From positions 62,001 to 126,000 of the forward strand of contig RBZT01000729.1 of assembly GCA_003693705.1 (NCBI GenBank): a stretch of DNA of 64,000 nucleotides. The letters are read 5' to 3'. This DNA is from Polymyxa betae A26-41. Its lineage: Eukaryota > Protista > Endomyxa: Phytomyxea. Shown in pieces: positions 46,879-59,474 of this stretch. Below the pieces are notes generated by a model that made no database searches, was not told where the DNA came from, and saw nothing but the letters and a program-made list of their open reading frames with translations. How positions within the stretch are numbered: position 1 is the first letter of the stretch; every line of letters begins with the position of its first letter. The translations under genes and the position numbers were made by a program.

Positions 46879-49800
46879 TCAGTTGGCCATCACCATGCCG
46901 GGACCCACTAAAGCCTTCAATCGCAGATCAACCAGTTTTTCAAGTCGATCGATATCTCGCATCAGAGTCGCATTAGACATGAAGACGGTCGGGTCAGGTT
47001 GAGACTCAGCAATGATACTCAACATCAGGCGGTATTTCTCGATAATGCTGGCTGATTTGGCGCCATAAATCAGAGCTCCTTCAAACACCAAACGTGCATA
47101 GGAGAGTCGTTGGCAGATATCAAACCCGGATTTCGTGTTGCACATCAGCTCGATGAATTTGTTATAGGCAGGGTCCAGACGAGTCCATTTCCCAATTATA
47201 CTTTCCACTGTAGGACATAAATGATCATCTTCATCGCTACAGTCTTCCTAAATCAATATTAATTATTGTAACAAAACGTAATTGAATTCACTATACAACT
47301 TTCATGAATATGAGATGCCTCAGCTGGCTGCAAACATGTCGGAAACGCTCCAGCGACATTTGTTTAGTGGCAGCTTGCTGGGTCGTCTTTTCGAACAGAA
47401 CTTGCAGCTGCCTGTTGCTAAGTTGCGCTGATGCAATGGTTAGCTCAGAGATATAGACCGAGATCGACTACGTACGAATAGTGTTTGATGAAAACGCCCT
47501 TGAAAATTGATCGAATGAGATGAAGTGATCGTTGTTATGATCTACAGAGTGAAAGACGCGGCGCGCCCATTGATCCCTTTCATATTCGAGCTCGGCACGA
47601 CGTATTCCTTGATATGCTAGAGGGATGAACCTGTTCACTTCGATACCGTACTCATTGCAGTTAAACCGACGATCATGAGGATTAATAACATCCATCTAAA
47701 AACAATTTAGATAACCGCCTATCAACAGCAGAAAATTTCGCTGACCATGTTCAAATTCAAACGAGGGGATAAAATCTGCGATTTCTTGATGACATCGAAA
47801 GATCCATATTCGTGAACGATATGAGCCCATGGTCGGCATGCCTGGGTTACCAATGCAGTTGTTTGTTGGTACGCTGCAGATGAAATGAAATCGCTAAAGA
47901 GCGATTTGATGACATCGACAGCACGATCCTGACAGATGTAATTGTGATCTTGAATTAGCATGGAAACACCATGCCGGGATTTTGTCAGCAACTGCCGAAT
48001 CCGTAAGAGGATCTTCACATGCGAATCGGATTCGCCTTCCAGAAGATCGCCGATTAGATCGATGAACACATTGCAAGGTCGGTATTTGCGAATCGAATTC
48101 ATCATTTCGCTCCATTTAGTTACAACAATCTGATCGAGACCGTGCTGTTCTTTCATTAAACCGATTATGTACAGGTTCAAATCGATAGCTTGTGACCGTC
48201 GCTGTTTCTCTTTTTTTGCGATTGTAGCAGCGAAGCAGGAATCCAGAACAAAATCGATCAGTTTCAGTAAATTGGGTTCGGTCATCAGAATGTCATTTTG
48301 TTTATGATTCCGGGCTTGTTTCAACAAATTCTCTAGGCTCGAGTTAAGATTAGACTTGATCAATAGATCGAGCCTTGGCCTACGCCTGGCAAATCTGGGC
48401 GTCTTCGGGAGCGTAACAGGTTGATTGGGAACTGGCGTAGACGTGTTCCAGCCAGGATTTGATGAAATAGATAATCGAGAAGACATTGATGAGCGTTGTT
48501 TAAGAGAAGGACTGCCCAGATATTCGATTGAATTCAAGTCGTAGCGATGCTCTTTCTCCGTTCGAATCTTGTCAAAATTCAAAGACAGTTCCGCTTTCAC
48601 AGCACTTTGATTGGAGCCTAAAGTGGATCGACGAGAGGACTGCTCTTTTGCGAGCTTGTCGGAATCTAATTCTGTAGGCCTTTCATATTCCTTGGAAGGA
48701 AGTCCATCGTCAATGGGTATGATGAGTATTGGGCCAGAGGGCCTCGATGAGATCATATCGGATTCCCTTCTGGTTTGACTCGGATCCAGAATCGGATTAT
48801 GGGTGTTGGATACTTTCCGTTCTTGTGCGTCGTATTTTTGATTAAAACCTCCCTCTGTCCGAGCGGTTTGAATTCCTTCAGAGTGATTGATTTTCTCAAC
48901 ATGTAAGGCCGGTTTCGGAGGGCTTTTAAGTTCAAAAAATACACGAGCTCTTTCAGGTTTGTGGGTTGGCTCTTGTGGTAGAATGCCGAGAGATTGAGAT
49001 AGGCTATCGTCGCGAGTGTGATCATCTTCTGGCTCAGGTAGAGCTGGTTCTAAAAGAACCAGACTTGAAATAGATTCCGAAAAATTAACGCCTGCTCTCC
49101 CATCTTTATCTGGAGAGACTGAATCGATTGAGGGTTTGGGCAGGTTCAATGCTTCCGAGATTGATTTGTTCGGAGCCGATTCAGGCAGTCCGGGCATTTC
49201 ATTACCTGTTGCATTGTCTGCTACAGACACCAAATCCGTGTCACTATGAACCGAAGGAACTTCGGGTTCTGGTTTGTTCGAATCAGAATTGAGTAAAAAC
49301 GGATGTTCTGCTGATTCTGTTTTGGAAAGATCGTCCGTAGGTTGCTCTGCGGAATAGGCTGCATTACCGATACTACTCGAGCTTTCACAATCTGAGAGAT
49401 TTCCTCCATCAAGATCAGGAACCGAGTCTGCAATTTCATTAGTCACTGTGGAAATTCGGTGGCACAGCGGTGATTACCAAGAGCTGGGGACGAAACCGAA
49501 CTCAGAGGATCGATCGATGATTGCTTTGCGGGATTGGCTGCATCAACAGAGTTAATTGAGCTTTGATGGTTCGAACGTTCAAGTTTTTCAAGATTAGGTG
49601 CCGAGTCCACGATATCTAATTGTTAATCATTGTGGGAATTTGGCAGTAACAACGATAAATACCGAATGCTGAGGACAGAAACGAACTCATTTTGTTGATT
49701 AGGGCGCTCTGAGTAGGGTCAGACTCGACAGACGCCACAGGCTGGCGCAATTGAAGAGACTTCTTCAAAGCTTTCGCCTGTTGTTCGTATCGATTTCTTT

Positions 49801-50876
49801 CAGCTTCCCAAAAGTTTCTGAGTTGTAGAAAGTTGTTCTGGAACTCATTGTGATCGTCCATGATCCTGCATTTTGTCATTGCAAGGTGTTTCACACACCG
49901 AAATTTCATACGTTTGCTTCTCTTGAATCCAAAATTCGCGCTCTAGCTGTAGCGTCTCCTGTTCAGATTCCAGCTGCGACATACGAGCTTCCAAATCTCT
50001 GTTTAACTGAACCTGGTGCTCAAGCTGCGCCACAATCGTGTTCGTCTGGTTCACGTTATGTTGTGCCTGTTGATTCTGAGTTGAGCTCATGGTCAAGGAA
50101 ATAACGATCATGAACCTTTCTAATATAATGAGGGACGGCGACAAACATCTCGTGGTAAGATTTTCGAATCTCTTCCAACACCTGCCCTGATTCTACACAT
50201 CGGTTGGACTCGTTCTCGATCACTTTCCGAAATACATCGTCATAGAGCTTCTGCTCGTTTTCGCACAGCTCGGATAGACCTAGATCGCAATCAATCATCA
50301 CAGCCGCAAAAGTGAGGTGACGGCGAACCTTGTAGAGGATCAGTACGGCAGGGTTCGAACGCAATCGAATTTAACGACCCAGAACGCTGCCTCAGTTGTT
50401 CTTGCAGCTGGCTGTATCGTTCTCTTTGCTGTGATTTTGCAGGAGGCAATCCTGCCTGAACACGACGTTCCTGGTCTCGATTACGATAGGCTGAAAGGAA
50501 AGATGAGCTATCAGACACTGTTTCGATAGATTCACTGACATTCCAGCATATTTGCAGGGAACGGCGCCTCTGAGCAAATTGAATCTTCGTGGCTCTCGTT
50601 TTGATCTGATCGATGCAGCTGCGATTGCGATGCACGATTATAGAACGCTCTTTGTTGATAAATGTGATCAGGTTTTGGTTGGTCTGGTGGCCGAGGCGCA
50701 AGGTTCACGCTCGGCTCTGATCGGTTCAATCGATTGTAGAGGCGGGTCGGTGCCGGCTGAAGATCGGGGATGGCATTGCTGATGTTGCACGAAACCGACG
50801 CCGACCGCTGCTGGGCTCGATGCTGGGCTAGATCCTGGAGCAGCTCGTGGCGGTAGTCATGGTGATTGTCCGTCAT
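46879..50876 (-). CDS. Large ciliary-type protein with an axonemal dynein light-chain (p28/AXDND1-like) domain, coiled coil, disordered region and EF-hand
   Basis: 'CENEQKLYDDVFRKVI....CVESGQVLEEIRKSY' resembles Ax_dynein_light; 'DHNNDHFISFDQF' EF-hand; single-gene model inferred. Confidence 0.55.
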
Positions 50877-51028
50877 TCGACGCCTTATGAGACCGACATG
50901 AAGGGTACGCTAAATGGATCTGCCATAGAAGAGGCGCCCATTATCACTCTGTCAATGAAAACCTAATTGCACAGTCGGCAGTGTTGGACACATCATGTAA
51001 CGTAGCCCATTGACGCCGTCACCTTGAC

Positions 51029-51052
51029 ATTAGGTGTAGGGTTTAGGGTTTT
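51029..51052. repeat. Interstitial telomere-like tract / telo-box (TTAGGTGTAGGGTTTAGGGTTTTT)
   Basis: TAGGGTTTAGGGTT inside a divergent intergenic region. Confidence 0.7.
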
Positions 51053-51209
51053 TGTCCTCGGTAACAATACAGTTTGGGCAGGGTGATGATGCTCATCATG
51101 GTCCGCAGCTTTGTCTGCGATTTAGTTAGCCCGACATTGAGGGGGTCAGAGTGTTGTCGCCTCGCTGAGCTGCAGGCAATCCTGTGCTGGAGTTGGCTTG
51201 CCACCAGCA

Positions 51210-52511
51210 ATGGACCCGCTGACGGTCTCCGATCTTGTGGCCAAATTTCAGGAGACGTCGCAGGAGTTCAAGATCGATTACCTGATCGGCCAGGGCGCGT
51301 TCGGCAAAGTCTACAAAGCCCATCGCAAAGACAATCCCAATAAATTTGTATTCCGATATGTGTACAGGCTTTTCGGATTGCTTATCGTCGCCCAGGTCGC
51401 TATTAAGCATATGAATTCAGTTCGGGAAGGCATGGGGATACCGCAAGATGCCTATCGGGAAATCAAGATACTGAAAGAAATCAGCAGGTTCCCCCATGAA
51501 AACATCGTTAGTCTGGAACGAGTCTTCATGAATCCACGAGGTGCTGGTGATGCCCCTGGATTATCGCTTGTCTACGACTATGCCGAATATGATCTCGGTG
51601 AGATCATCAGGCACCATCGGAAGACTGGTACAAGGATGGAGATTCGGATGGTGAAATCCATTATATGGCAGCTGTTAAAAGGAGTTCAGTTCTTGCATGA
51701 AAACTGGATTATGCATCGTGACTTAAAACCGGTAATAATGCTGTCATTGCTCCTGGTTTTTTATTGATTTCTTGGATCGCAGCAAAACATTTTGGTCACC
51801 GACAGCGGCGAGCTACCAGGCACTGTTAAAATTGCAGATTTCGGCTTAGCACGTCTGTTTCAAGATCCACTGCGAAGTCTGGCGGCTGATGGCGACGTTT
51901 GTACCATTTGGTATAGGGCACCAGAACTTCTCCTAGGAGCTGCACATTATACGCGAGCTGTCGATATGTGGTCGATTGGCTGCGTCTTCGCCGAGCTTAT
52001 ATTGGTCAGGGCAATCTTCACAGGAACCGAAGCGAAAAAGAAGCATACGATCCAAGCCGATCAGCTGAAGAAGGTTTTCCGGATTTTGGGGAAACCGACA
52101 TTACAGCAATGGCCTGATATGATCTATCTGATGTATCACAGCGAAATTGTGCAATGGCCCGATTCCGAGTTTAAGTTCTGCCTCCCGCAGGTGCTGAAGA
52201 TTGATCGGAATAGCTCAATGTGCGACTTGCTGCTCCATCTGTTAGAATACGGTCAGCTGCATTTTAGATCTGTTGACCTCTCATTCTGAGTCTGTCTGGC
52301 AGACCCAAAGCAACGGTGGACAGCTGAACAGGCGCTGCAACATCGATGGTTTACGGAAGCACCTGAACCACACCAGAATGTATTTTTAAGACCGAATGGC
52401 TCGCTGTATAAATATCCCGCTCGTGTTCCAGCCCAAGACGGGCAAAAGCGAGCACCTGATCCTGTACCTATACAACCTAATAATGCAGCCAAGAAAGGGA
52501 AACTCGTGTAG
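51210..52511 (+). CDS. CDK8: Cyclin-dependent kinase 8 (Mediator kinase)
   Basis: 'LVYDYAEYDL..II.HH', 'VKSIIWQLL.G..FLHENWIMHRDLKP', 'ADFGLARLFQDPL', 'TIWYRAPELLLGA.HYT.AVD'. Confidence 0.9.
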
Positions 52512-52570
52512 ATATATCAAACTTAATTATAAACGATATATATGTTTGTATTATCTTGAGAATCGATTCG

Positions 52571-54737
52571 CTATATAGTGTTGGCGAATCGATGGCGCTC
52601 TATCGGTGCTATCACACCGGCATTCAGCTGCGTCCATGACGACTCCACCACGGTAATGTCATCTCCAGAAAATACGGCCTGTTGGATTGGAGTGCTGTAG
52701 AAATCAATAAGCTGTAATGCAGCGCTATGTACAATGACTCGGGACGCTGACGAGTCTTCAATTCCAGCACGATGCTCCGTTAAAGATCTTGTCGTTGGAA
52801 TAACCTCGGGACTAGCGTTTAAATTAAGCTTGGCGATGAACGTGTTCGAAACGAGCATCAACACGTTGGGAGTCGATGACGAGAACTCGATGCGGAACAC
52901 GATGGAAGCTCGGTCCAGTAGCCGCCTTGAATGCAAATTCGAAATAGAATGGTGCAGAGCGGTTACAAATTCGGGCAGAATCAGTTGGTTCTGATCGAGG
53001 TCAAAAATGTACAAGCAGTTATCGGCGGTGATCAAAGCAATGACATTCGATGAGTTAAAAGAACCGAATGCCATAGCGGAAACACTCGCCCTCATTCTTG
53101 GTAAGGTAGCAACCAAGCGTAGATCAGAAGTCGAATACACGCTCACCAAGCCATCCAAATCGGCGATTGACAAAAAGGAGTCATCGGGTGAAATTACCAA
53201 TCGGGTGCAAATTGTCGGCAATGGATCCGACGATCGCGTTTCGGTAGCGTCTGCAACTTCAAACGATCGCAAGCGTTGCTCATCGATATCGACAGCGTAA
53301 ATCGTTGAAGAATCAGAGCTGAAAACGATATGACTGAGCGCAGGAAGGTGTTGCTGCTGCTGATGATGCTCAAGGACAAGCTTCCCTTTCGACGTCGTGT
53401 TCAGGCTGAACAAAAACGATCTCGAGCTGGTAGAGGTCACCAAAAAATTAGCTGACGGTGATAATGATGCAGAAAGTAGTCCGGCAGTACATTGATACCG
53501 AGAGCAAATTTGAGAATCGCGCCAAATAACGACCGAATTGGCTCCTGATAGCACAGCGAACGTGTTTGCATTGGAAGAGCATGTCAAGTCGGCTGTATGA
53601 GAGAATGGAGACGCTGCCGAGTACTGGTTACCAATTGTCACGATGAGCTGCCCATCGCAGCCAGCAGAAACGATGGCGTCGTCTCCAGACGTCACAATGC
53701 ATAGAATATCATTGCGATGCTGACGAACCGCTTTAGTCTGAATAAACGTCTGGCCGGACCCTTGAACATAGACCACTTTGCGATCGAGGCCAGCGGCGAC
53801 GATTTCATAACCGGCAGCAACGATGGATGTGATGTCGGCCGAATGAGTCGACAGCGTCTCGATCAACGTGAACGTCTTCAAACACCAGAAATACAGCTTG
53901 CCATCGGTCGATCCGCTGACCAAAGCAGACTGGTCTGGAGTCAGACACAACGCTCTGCGAGCACCATTATAACAAGACGTTCAATGGAGAATGACGATAC
54001 GCACCTTATTCTAGAGGGTGTAGAGAACTGTGAGATCACCTGGCTTGTAACAATATTATAAACAGAAATCATGCTGTTAGAGTAAGAGGCCGCAACCGTC
54101 TCATTGTCCAAGAATACGACAGCGGTGACTCGCGTGGCTTTGGCATTGGGGATGGCGCTCTGGAACGACCGGACGTAGTTCAGCGACAAGGAACCCGAAT
54201 CTGAAAACGAGTCAGAAGCGGCGAACGCCATCGGGGACACGACGGGTACCGAATAGACGAAGAGAGCCGTCCATACATCCCAAGATGATTTTTGACTGGC
54301 GCACAGCCATACAGAATACCGGGCCACCATATGAAGAACTGGTTTGCAAAGGGCAGCGACGATTGAGATTCCTAGGAAGAAGTTAGAAGAACCGAGGACA
54401 GGATCAAAGATGCCGACCATTCCGTCAGGGTTCCGTCCAGATCTGAAGTGAAGAGCCGCGACCCGATCCAGGCGATTTGAGTGATGACGTAATCGGTCCG
54501 ATTCGGTTTGGCAAATGGGATCGTGAAGTTCACGATGACATAACGCCCATGCCGTCTACAAATCTGAATGCGACCGTTATCGCGAACCGCAGCGATATCA
54601 TCGCCATTCGTCGCCATACACGTGACCGCTGACAACGGCGAGCACATAACATCGCAATGGGTGATTTTCGCCGATCTTGACGGTCTCGTCGCATGATTCG
54701 ACAGTTCGTCGTCGCGACATATTCTCATTCCACCCAT
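52571..54737 (-). CDS. UTP4: UTP4/cirhin (SSU processome WD40 protein)
   Basis: 'AAVRDNGRIQI', 'RLFTSDLDGTLTEW', 'YGGPVFCMA', 'GCMDGSLRLF', 'HRNDI', C-terminal 'VVESSW....IERHRF'; start approximate. Confidence 0.75.
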
Positions 54738-54927
54738 TCTGAGCTGGCCGCCAGCAGGTCGCTCTTCAGAAAAGTCGATCGGGCCAAAACAGAGCTATTC
54801 TTTCGACCTGGATCCCGGGAAAGTCTCGCAGAATGTCCGCCACGGACTGCGCCAACTCCGACATCCGCTTTCAAAGTCGATTCATCTCCCGCCATCATTC
54901 CTGTTATCACACTCCAAATCCTACATC

Positions 54928-56187
54928 ATGGTCGCTGAATCAATCGAAGAGATGCCCTCCATTAGTGGGTTCGACTTCTGGGGCGCTACCGTCGTCCCAG
55001 GAAAGACCGTGAAATGTGAGATCACCGGCAATATCCTTCATCTGACCTCCATCGCCATGGACGAGAACATCACTAACGACCCGAAGCAGCGCTCAGTGCT
55101 GTCGGTCATCATCGATGGCAAGCAGTTCGTTCTGGCCTCTCTGAGGGAGGGTGTCTGCGAACAGGTTTCTGTTGATTTCCTGTTCCGGGAGAACAAGCCC
55201 ATCAAGTTCAAGGTGTCCGGTAAAACCACCCTGCATTTGGTTGGATACCTGCAGCCTTTGGATTTGGGCTTCGACGATGAAGAAATCTACAGCGATGAGG
55301 AAGACGAAGACGAAATGTGCGATTCCTGTGATGAAGACAGTGAGGAAGGTGAAAGCGACGAAGAAGAGGAAGGCAGTGATGAAGAGATGGAGAATGCTGT
55401 GGAAGCCGGTGGCAAGAAACGTCCTGCTGATACGCCTGTCGAAGTTGTTGCTGACGAGAAGACTGCCAAGAAGTCGAAAAAGGTTGACTCTGAGCCCAAG
55501 AAGGCTGAATCTAAGCCGGAACCTAAGAAGGCTGAATCTAAGCCGGAACCTAAGAAGGCTGATTCTAAACCCGAACCAAAGAAGGTTGAAAACGAACTTA
55601 AAAAGGAAGCCAAATCCGAGGACAAGAAGGTTGTGGCTGAACCAGTCAAGCCAGCCGAGGTAGAGAAGAAACAGTCTGAGGAGCCTACTGAGAAACCTGA
55701 GCCCAAGAAGGAATCGAAGAAGGCCGAGCCTGCTCAGTCCAAGAAGGCTGAAAAGGAAGCGAAGAAAGCCGAGAAGAAACCCGAACAGGCTGAGGCTAAG
55801 AAGGCTGAAGCTCCCCAAAAGGAATCTGAACAGGCTGACCCCAACGCTTTCCGAAAATTCACTGGTGGCGTCATGGTGAAAGACAGCCACATCGGCGAGG
55901 GCAAGGTTGCCTCCAAGGGCAAACGCCTCGGTGTGATGTACAAAGGCATGCTCAAGAACGGCAAGGTGTTTGACTCGAACGTCAACTCCAACAAGCCCTT
56001 CTTCTTCAAGATGGGCAACGCCGACGTTATCAAAGGCTGGGATATTGGTTTCGAAGGCATGAAGGTCGGTGGTAAACGAGTTATCGTCTGCCCGCCAAAG
56101 ATGGCCTACGGAAAGGAAGGCGCCCCGCCTGAAATTCCTCCCAACTCGGTCCTCGTCTTCGAAGTCGAACTCGTTAATGTCAAATAA
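54928..56187 (+). CDS. Nucleoplasmin-like-domain FKBP (Fpr3/Fpr4/FKBP39/FKBP53 type)
   Basis: N-terminal NPL domain (FWG....GK, LHLVGY), acidic tract, Lys-rich linker, C-terminal FKBP domain (VIKGWDIG, MAYG, IPPNS.LVFEVEL). Confidence 0.95.
   Translation: MVAESIEEMPSISGFDFWGATVVPGKTVKCEITGNILHLTSIAMDENITNDPKQRSVLSVIIDGKQFVLASLREGVCEQVSVDFLFRENKPIKFKVSGKTTLHLVGYLQPLDLGFDDEEIYSDEEDEDEMCDSCDEDSEEGESDEEEEGSDEEMENAVEAGGKKRPADTPVEVVADEKTAKKSKKVDSEPKKAESKPEPKKAESKPEPKKADSKPEPKKVENELKKEAKSEDKKVVAEPVKPAEVEKKQSEEPTEKPEPKKESKKAEPAQSKKAEKEAKKAEKKPEQAEAKKAEAPQKESEQADPNAFRKFTGGVMVKDSHIGEGKVASKGKRLGVMYKGMLKNGKVFDSNVNSNKPFFFKMGNADVIKGWDIGFEGMKVGGKRVIVCPPKMAYGKEGAPPEIPPNSVLVFEVELVNVK
55492..55585 (+). repeat. 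27-bp coding tandem repeat (EPKKAESKP) x3+
   Basis: CCTAAGAAGGCTGAATCTAAGCCGGAA-type units inside the FKBP linker. Confidence 0.85.
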
Positions 56188-56345
56188 TTGTCCTATTTTA
56201 TACATATAATACATCGATGCCATCGAGCCTCTTTAATTCAAATCTTGTAGCATGATTTTTGCTAGGCATTCTACTCGGTTGCTATAGGTATGTTGTTGTC
56301 TTGCAGATTACGCACTTCGAATATCGCTGCATCTTCGAAGCTGTT

Positions 56346-57115
56346 ATGAATATCACACGACTGATTCAATCTAGAGCAAGGGCTGCCTTTAGATGGGCAA
56401 GCTCCACTACTACACAGGCTCACCCATCTACTGATTTCGTTGCCGAGACGCAAAATTTGATGAACAACAACTTGTCACATTTGCAATCTGAATTCGGGAA
56501 GCTGCGATGCGGTCGCGCGACGCCAGGTTTCCATGAGGAAAGCTTCGGGATTTGCTTGATTAACCCTTTTGTAGGAATGCTGGAAAGTATAAGCGTTGAG
56601 GCATATGGATCGAAAATGCCACTTGTGTCACTAACGACAATCACTGTTCGTAATGCTAATCTTCTGCATGTTAAGCCTCATGATAGCAGCCTATGTGCCG
56701 AAGTTAAACGGGCAATCGATGGATCTGGTTATGGATTCAATGCCATTGTTTCAGGAGATTCCGTTTCGGTTCCAATCCCTAAGGTGTCTAAAGAAGCTCG
56801 AGAAAACTTGGCAAAATTAGCATCAGCCAAGGCTGAGAAAGTAAGTTGTAGTTTTGATTACTGGGAAAATCCTGACCTATTGTAGGCCAAGGTTGACGTA
56901 AGAAGATCCCGAAAGATTGGCTTAGATAAGATCAAAGCTGTCGAAGACAGTATGTGTGAAGACGAGACTTTCCGGTTAGAAAAGAAGGTCATTATCAACC
57001 AAGTGTTTCGTATTGTATTTGACCGGAATTACAGATTCAAACACTTACCGACTCGTTCATGGAAAAGATTTCCAAACTTTACCAAGCCAAGTTAAACGAA
57101 CTGAAAAGCAGTTAA
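56346..57115 (+). CDS. Mitochondrial ribosome recycling factor
   Basis: Presequence-like N-terminus, 'LRCGRATP|GMLESISVEAYG', 'VPIP....RENL.K...EK|AKVDVRR.R'. Confidence 0.9.
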
Positions 57116-57594
57116 CCTTCTGCTATCTATAACCATTGTAAAACTACAAAAATGTTTCATATTATATTGTTTGAGCTCTGTGAATTTACGAGCTATCTCA
57201 GTACAATTAAAACCAAAAGAATCATTAAACGGACATCTCGACTAAGGACAACATCTGCGGCCATCATCCCGACCTAAAATGCAACTAGCCGTCGCCTACC
57301 AAAGACGATGCCGGTCTCGACACAAAAGCGACTGACTGTTCAGCTCCTGCTCTACCTTGAAAGCTGTTGTCAAGCTGACGTCAGATTTGTACTATGACAT
57401 CCATAGTGAATTGCGTTTTGGTGGTAGAAGAGAGGTCAGGTAACGTTAACTCGGACCGTAAAAGACAAGGTACCCGTTAGTAGGCAATCAGTTGGCATTC
57501 ATAGAGGACGTCATTGAGACGCAATTACCGGTCCAGTCGGGGATCTTATTTCCATATCTGTTCGACCGGGGCGTCGTCGGGGTTTGGGCCTGCC

Positions 57595-59414
57595 ATGAAC
57601 CGGCGCTGTAGTCTCGGCTTCGTCCTGGCCTCGCTCATCCTCTGCTGCAGCCGAACTTCGGCCATGATCGAGGATCTGAACCTGCAGTTCGGCCGCGATG
57701 ACTTGTTTCAGATCATTTGGAGGTTTGAATTCGCAGAGAAAGGAGAGTTGTCGATCGATGGCCAGGCGATGATTAATAATATGCCTGCGTACTACAAAAC
57801 GGATCAGTTTATTCGAGCAAATGCTAATTCTGCTAAATTAGAAATTCTTCTTTGCAGCTGATGGTATGCTCTGACAGCAGCCTGGTTAAGCTGAGGACGA
57901 TCAGAATTGAGGAAATCTGTGGAACGAAACCGTTCGATGCCGCTCCCTGCGAATGGTCGGGCATGTTTACCCAAGACGATTCAAAATTCAAAGTTAATCT
58001 TGACATCAAATCAGAGGTAATACGAAAAGGTTCTTACTGGTTTATATGATGAATTTCAGGACTGGTACTATCTCTTGCAACTGAACTGCGACCGTCTCGA
58101 TTTCTTCGTTCAAGCTCATATCATCGCTTATAATCGTGGCCGATATACGGGATTCCTGTCGTTATCCGAGTCTCCTTATGTGCCGCTATCGGCTGCATTG
58201 GCGATCGCGTTTACACTTCTCACACTTGCACAATTCCTGTCTTGGTTCCCTTACCGACATTTCAATGTAAAGTTCCAGTCACGTCTCACCTTAATTCCTC
58301 TCTTCTTTGCTGTATTCTATACAATCCAGGTAGAGAGCTTAATACTGATGTTGCCACTTTCTGACTTAATGTCTAGATATACTATTGGGATTATTGTTCG
58401 AAACATGGAGTGAAGTCTCCATTGGCGTTCTGGTCGTGCTTCATCATTCTTATGAGCACAAAGTCTACATTATTTATGTTATTATTGGCTGTCTCCAAAG
58501 GTGAGCTCCATTCTTGGCTTTGGGCACCGTATACAACTCAGTACTGTTCAGGTTGGGCAATCTGCAGAAGTCGTCTAAGCTCTTTGGATTTCAAGCAATC
58601 GGTGTTACTGGTTTTAGGATTGATCTTAGCGTTTTCGTGTTTCACAGTATTGGGCAAGTAGCCACTGTAATCACATACACTGTTTTTGATCGTGTTTAGG
58701 TGGCATGGGACTCTCGACAATGATTCTTATTTATGCGATGTTACTGAAAGTCATCTTTAATTCTGTTGTCAACATTCTTGCAGAGATTGATAATCAAATG
58801 CAAATGCTTCGCTCCATGAGTTTAGACCCTAACCACTTCCCGATCTTCGTAAAGAGACAAATTTACCACAACTTCCAGTTAACAGCTCTGTCATATATCA
58901 CTTTGAAAGTCATCTTTCTGCTTTGGGCCAACATCTTCCTGCAACGCTTTCCTTGGGTGTCTGATATGATAGACTCTTTCTTGGATATTGCATTCCTGAT
59001 TTGTCTTTTGTACGTATGGTTTTTTGGGGCTCAGGAGTGTGCTGATTTATCTTCCAAAGCATCAATTTCCGAATGCGTCCTTTCTGCCCTCGATTTGCAC
59101 ACATAAACGGACAAGATGATGGCAATAGATCTGAGCTCTCAAGGCGTTTACTGAGGTCCAACTATTTGGCAGAACAAGATATGGAAATTGGCCAATACGA
59201 AGATATCTGGAGGCCTGGTAACTTTTTCTTTTTTAATGAGGTTGTAATCCGATTGACATGAATTGAAGGAATGGCTGTACCTATGTTATCCCTGGATTAC
59301 GATTCCTGGTTGCATCCTTATTCGGAGCCTTTAGTGCTATTACAAAGCCCAAGTTCCGTTGATATAGGAAGGCAAATTTCGGGTCGCACTGATTCGAAGG
59401 GAGGCACCCGATAA
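57595..59414 (+). CDS. GOST-family (GPR107/TMEM87-like) seven-TM protein
   Basis: Signal peptide, lumenal domain, 'FLSLSESPY', 'LLLAVSK|GWAICR..L', several TM exons, 'FRMRPF'. Confidence 0.7.
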
Positions 59415-59474
59415 CATCAAAACGGCTAGGGATATTTAATTTTATTCACGAGACGTGTAAAATATGAATCAGTA

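Noticed and set aside
54815-54830. RNase P/MRP-like GGGAAAGTC motif
   Set aside because: The spacer is too short for the RNA and no partner motif was found.
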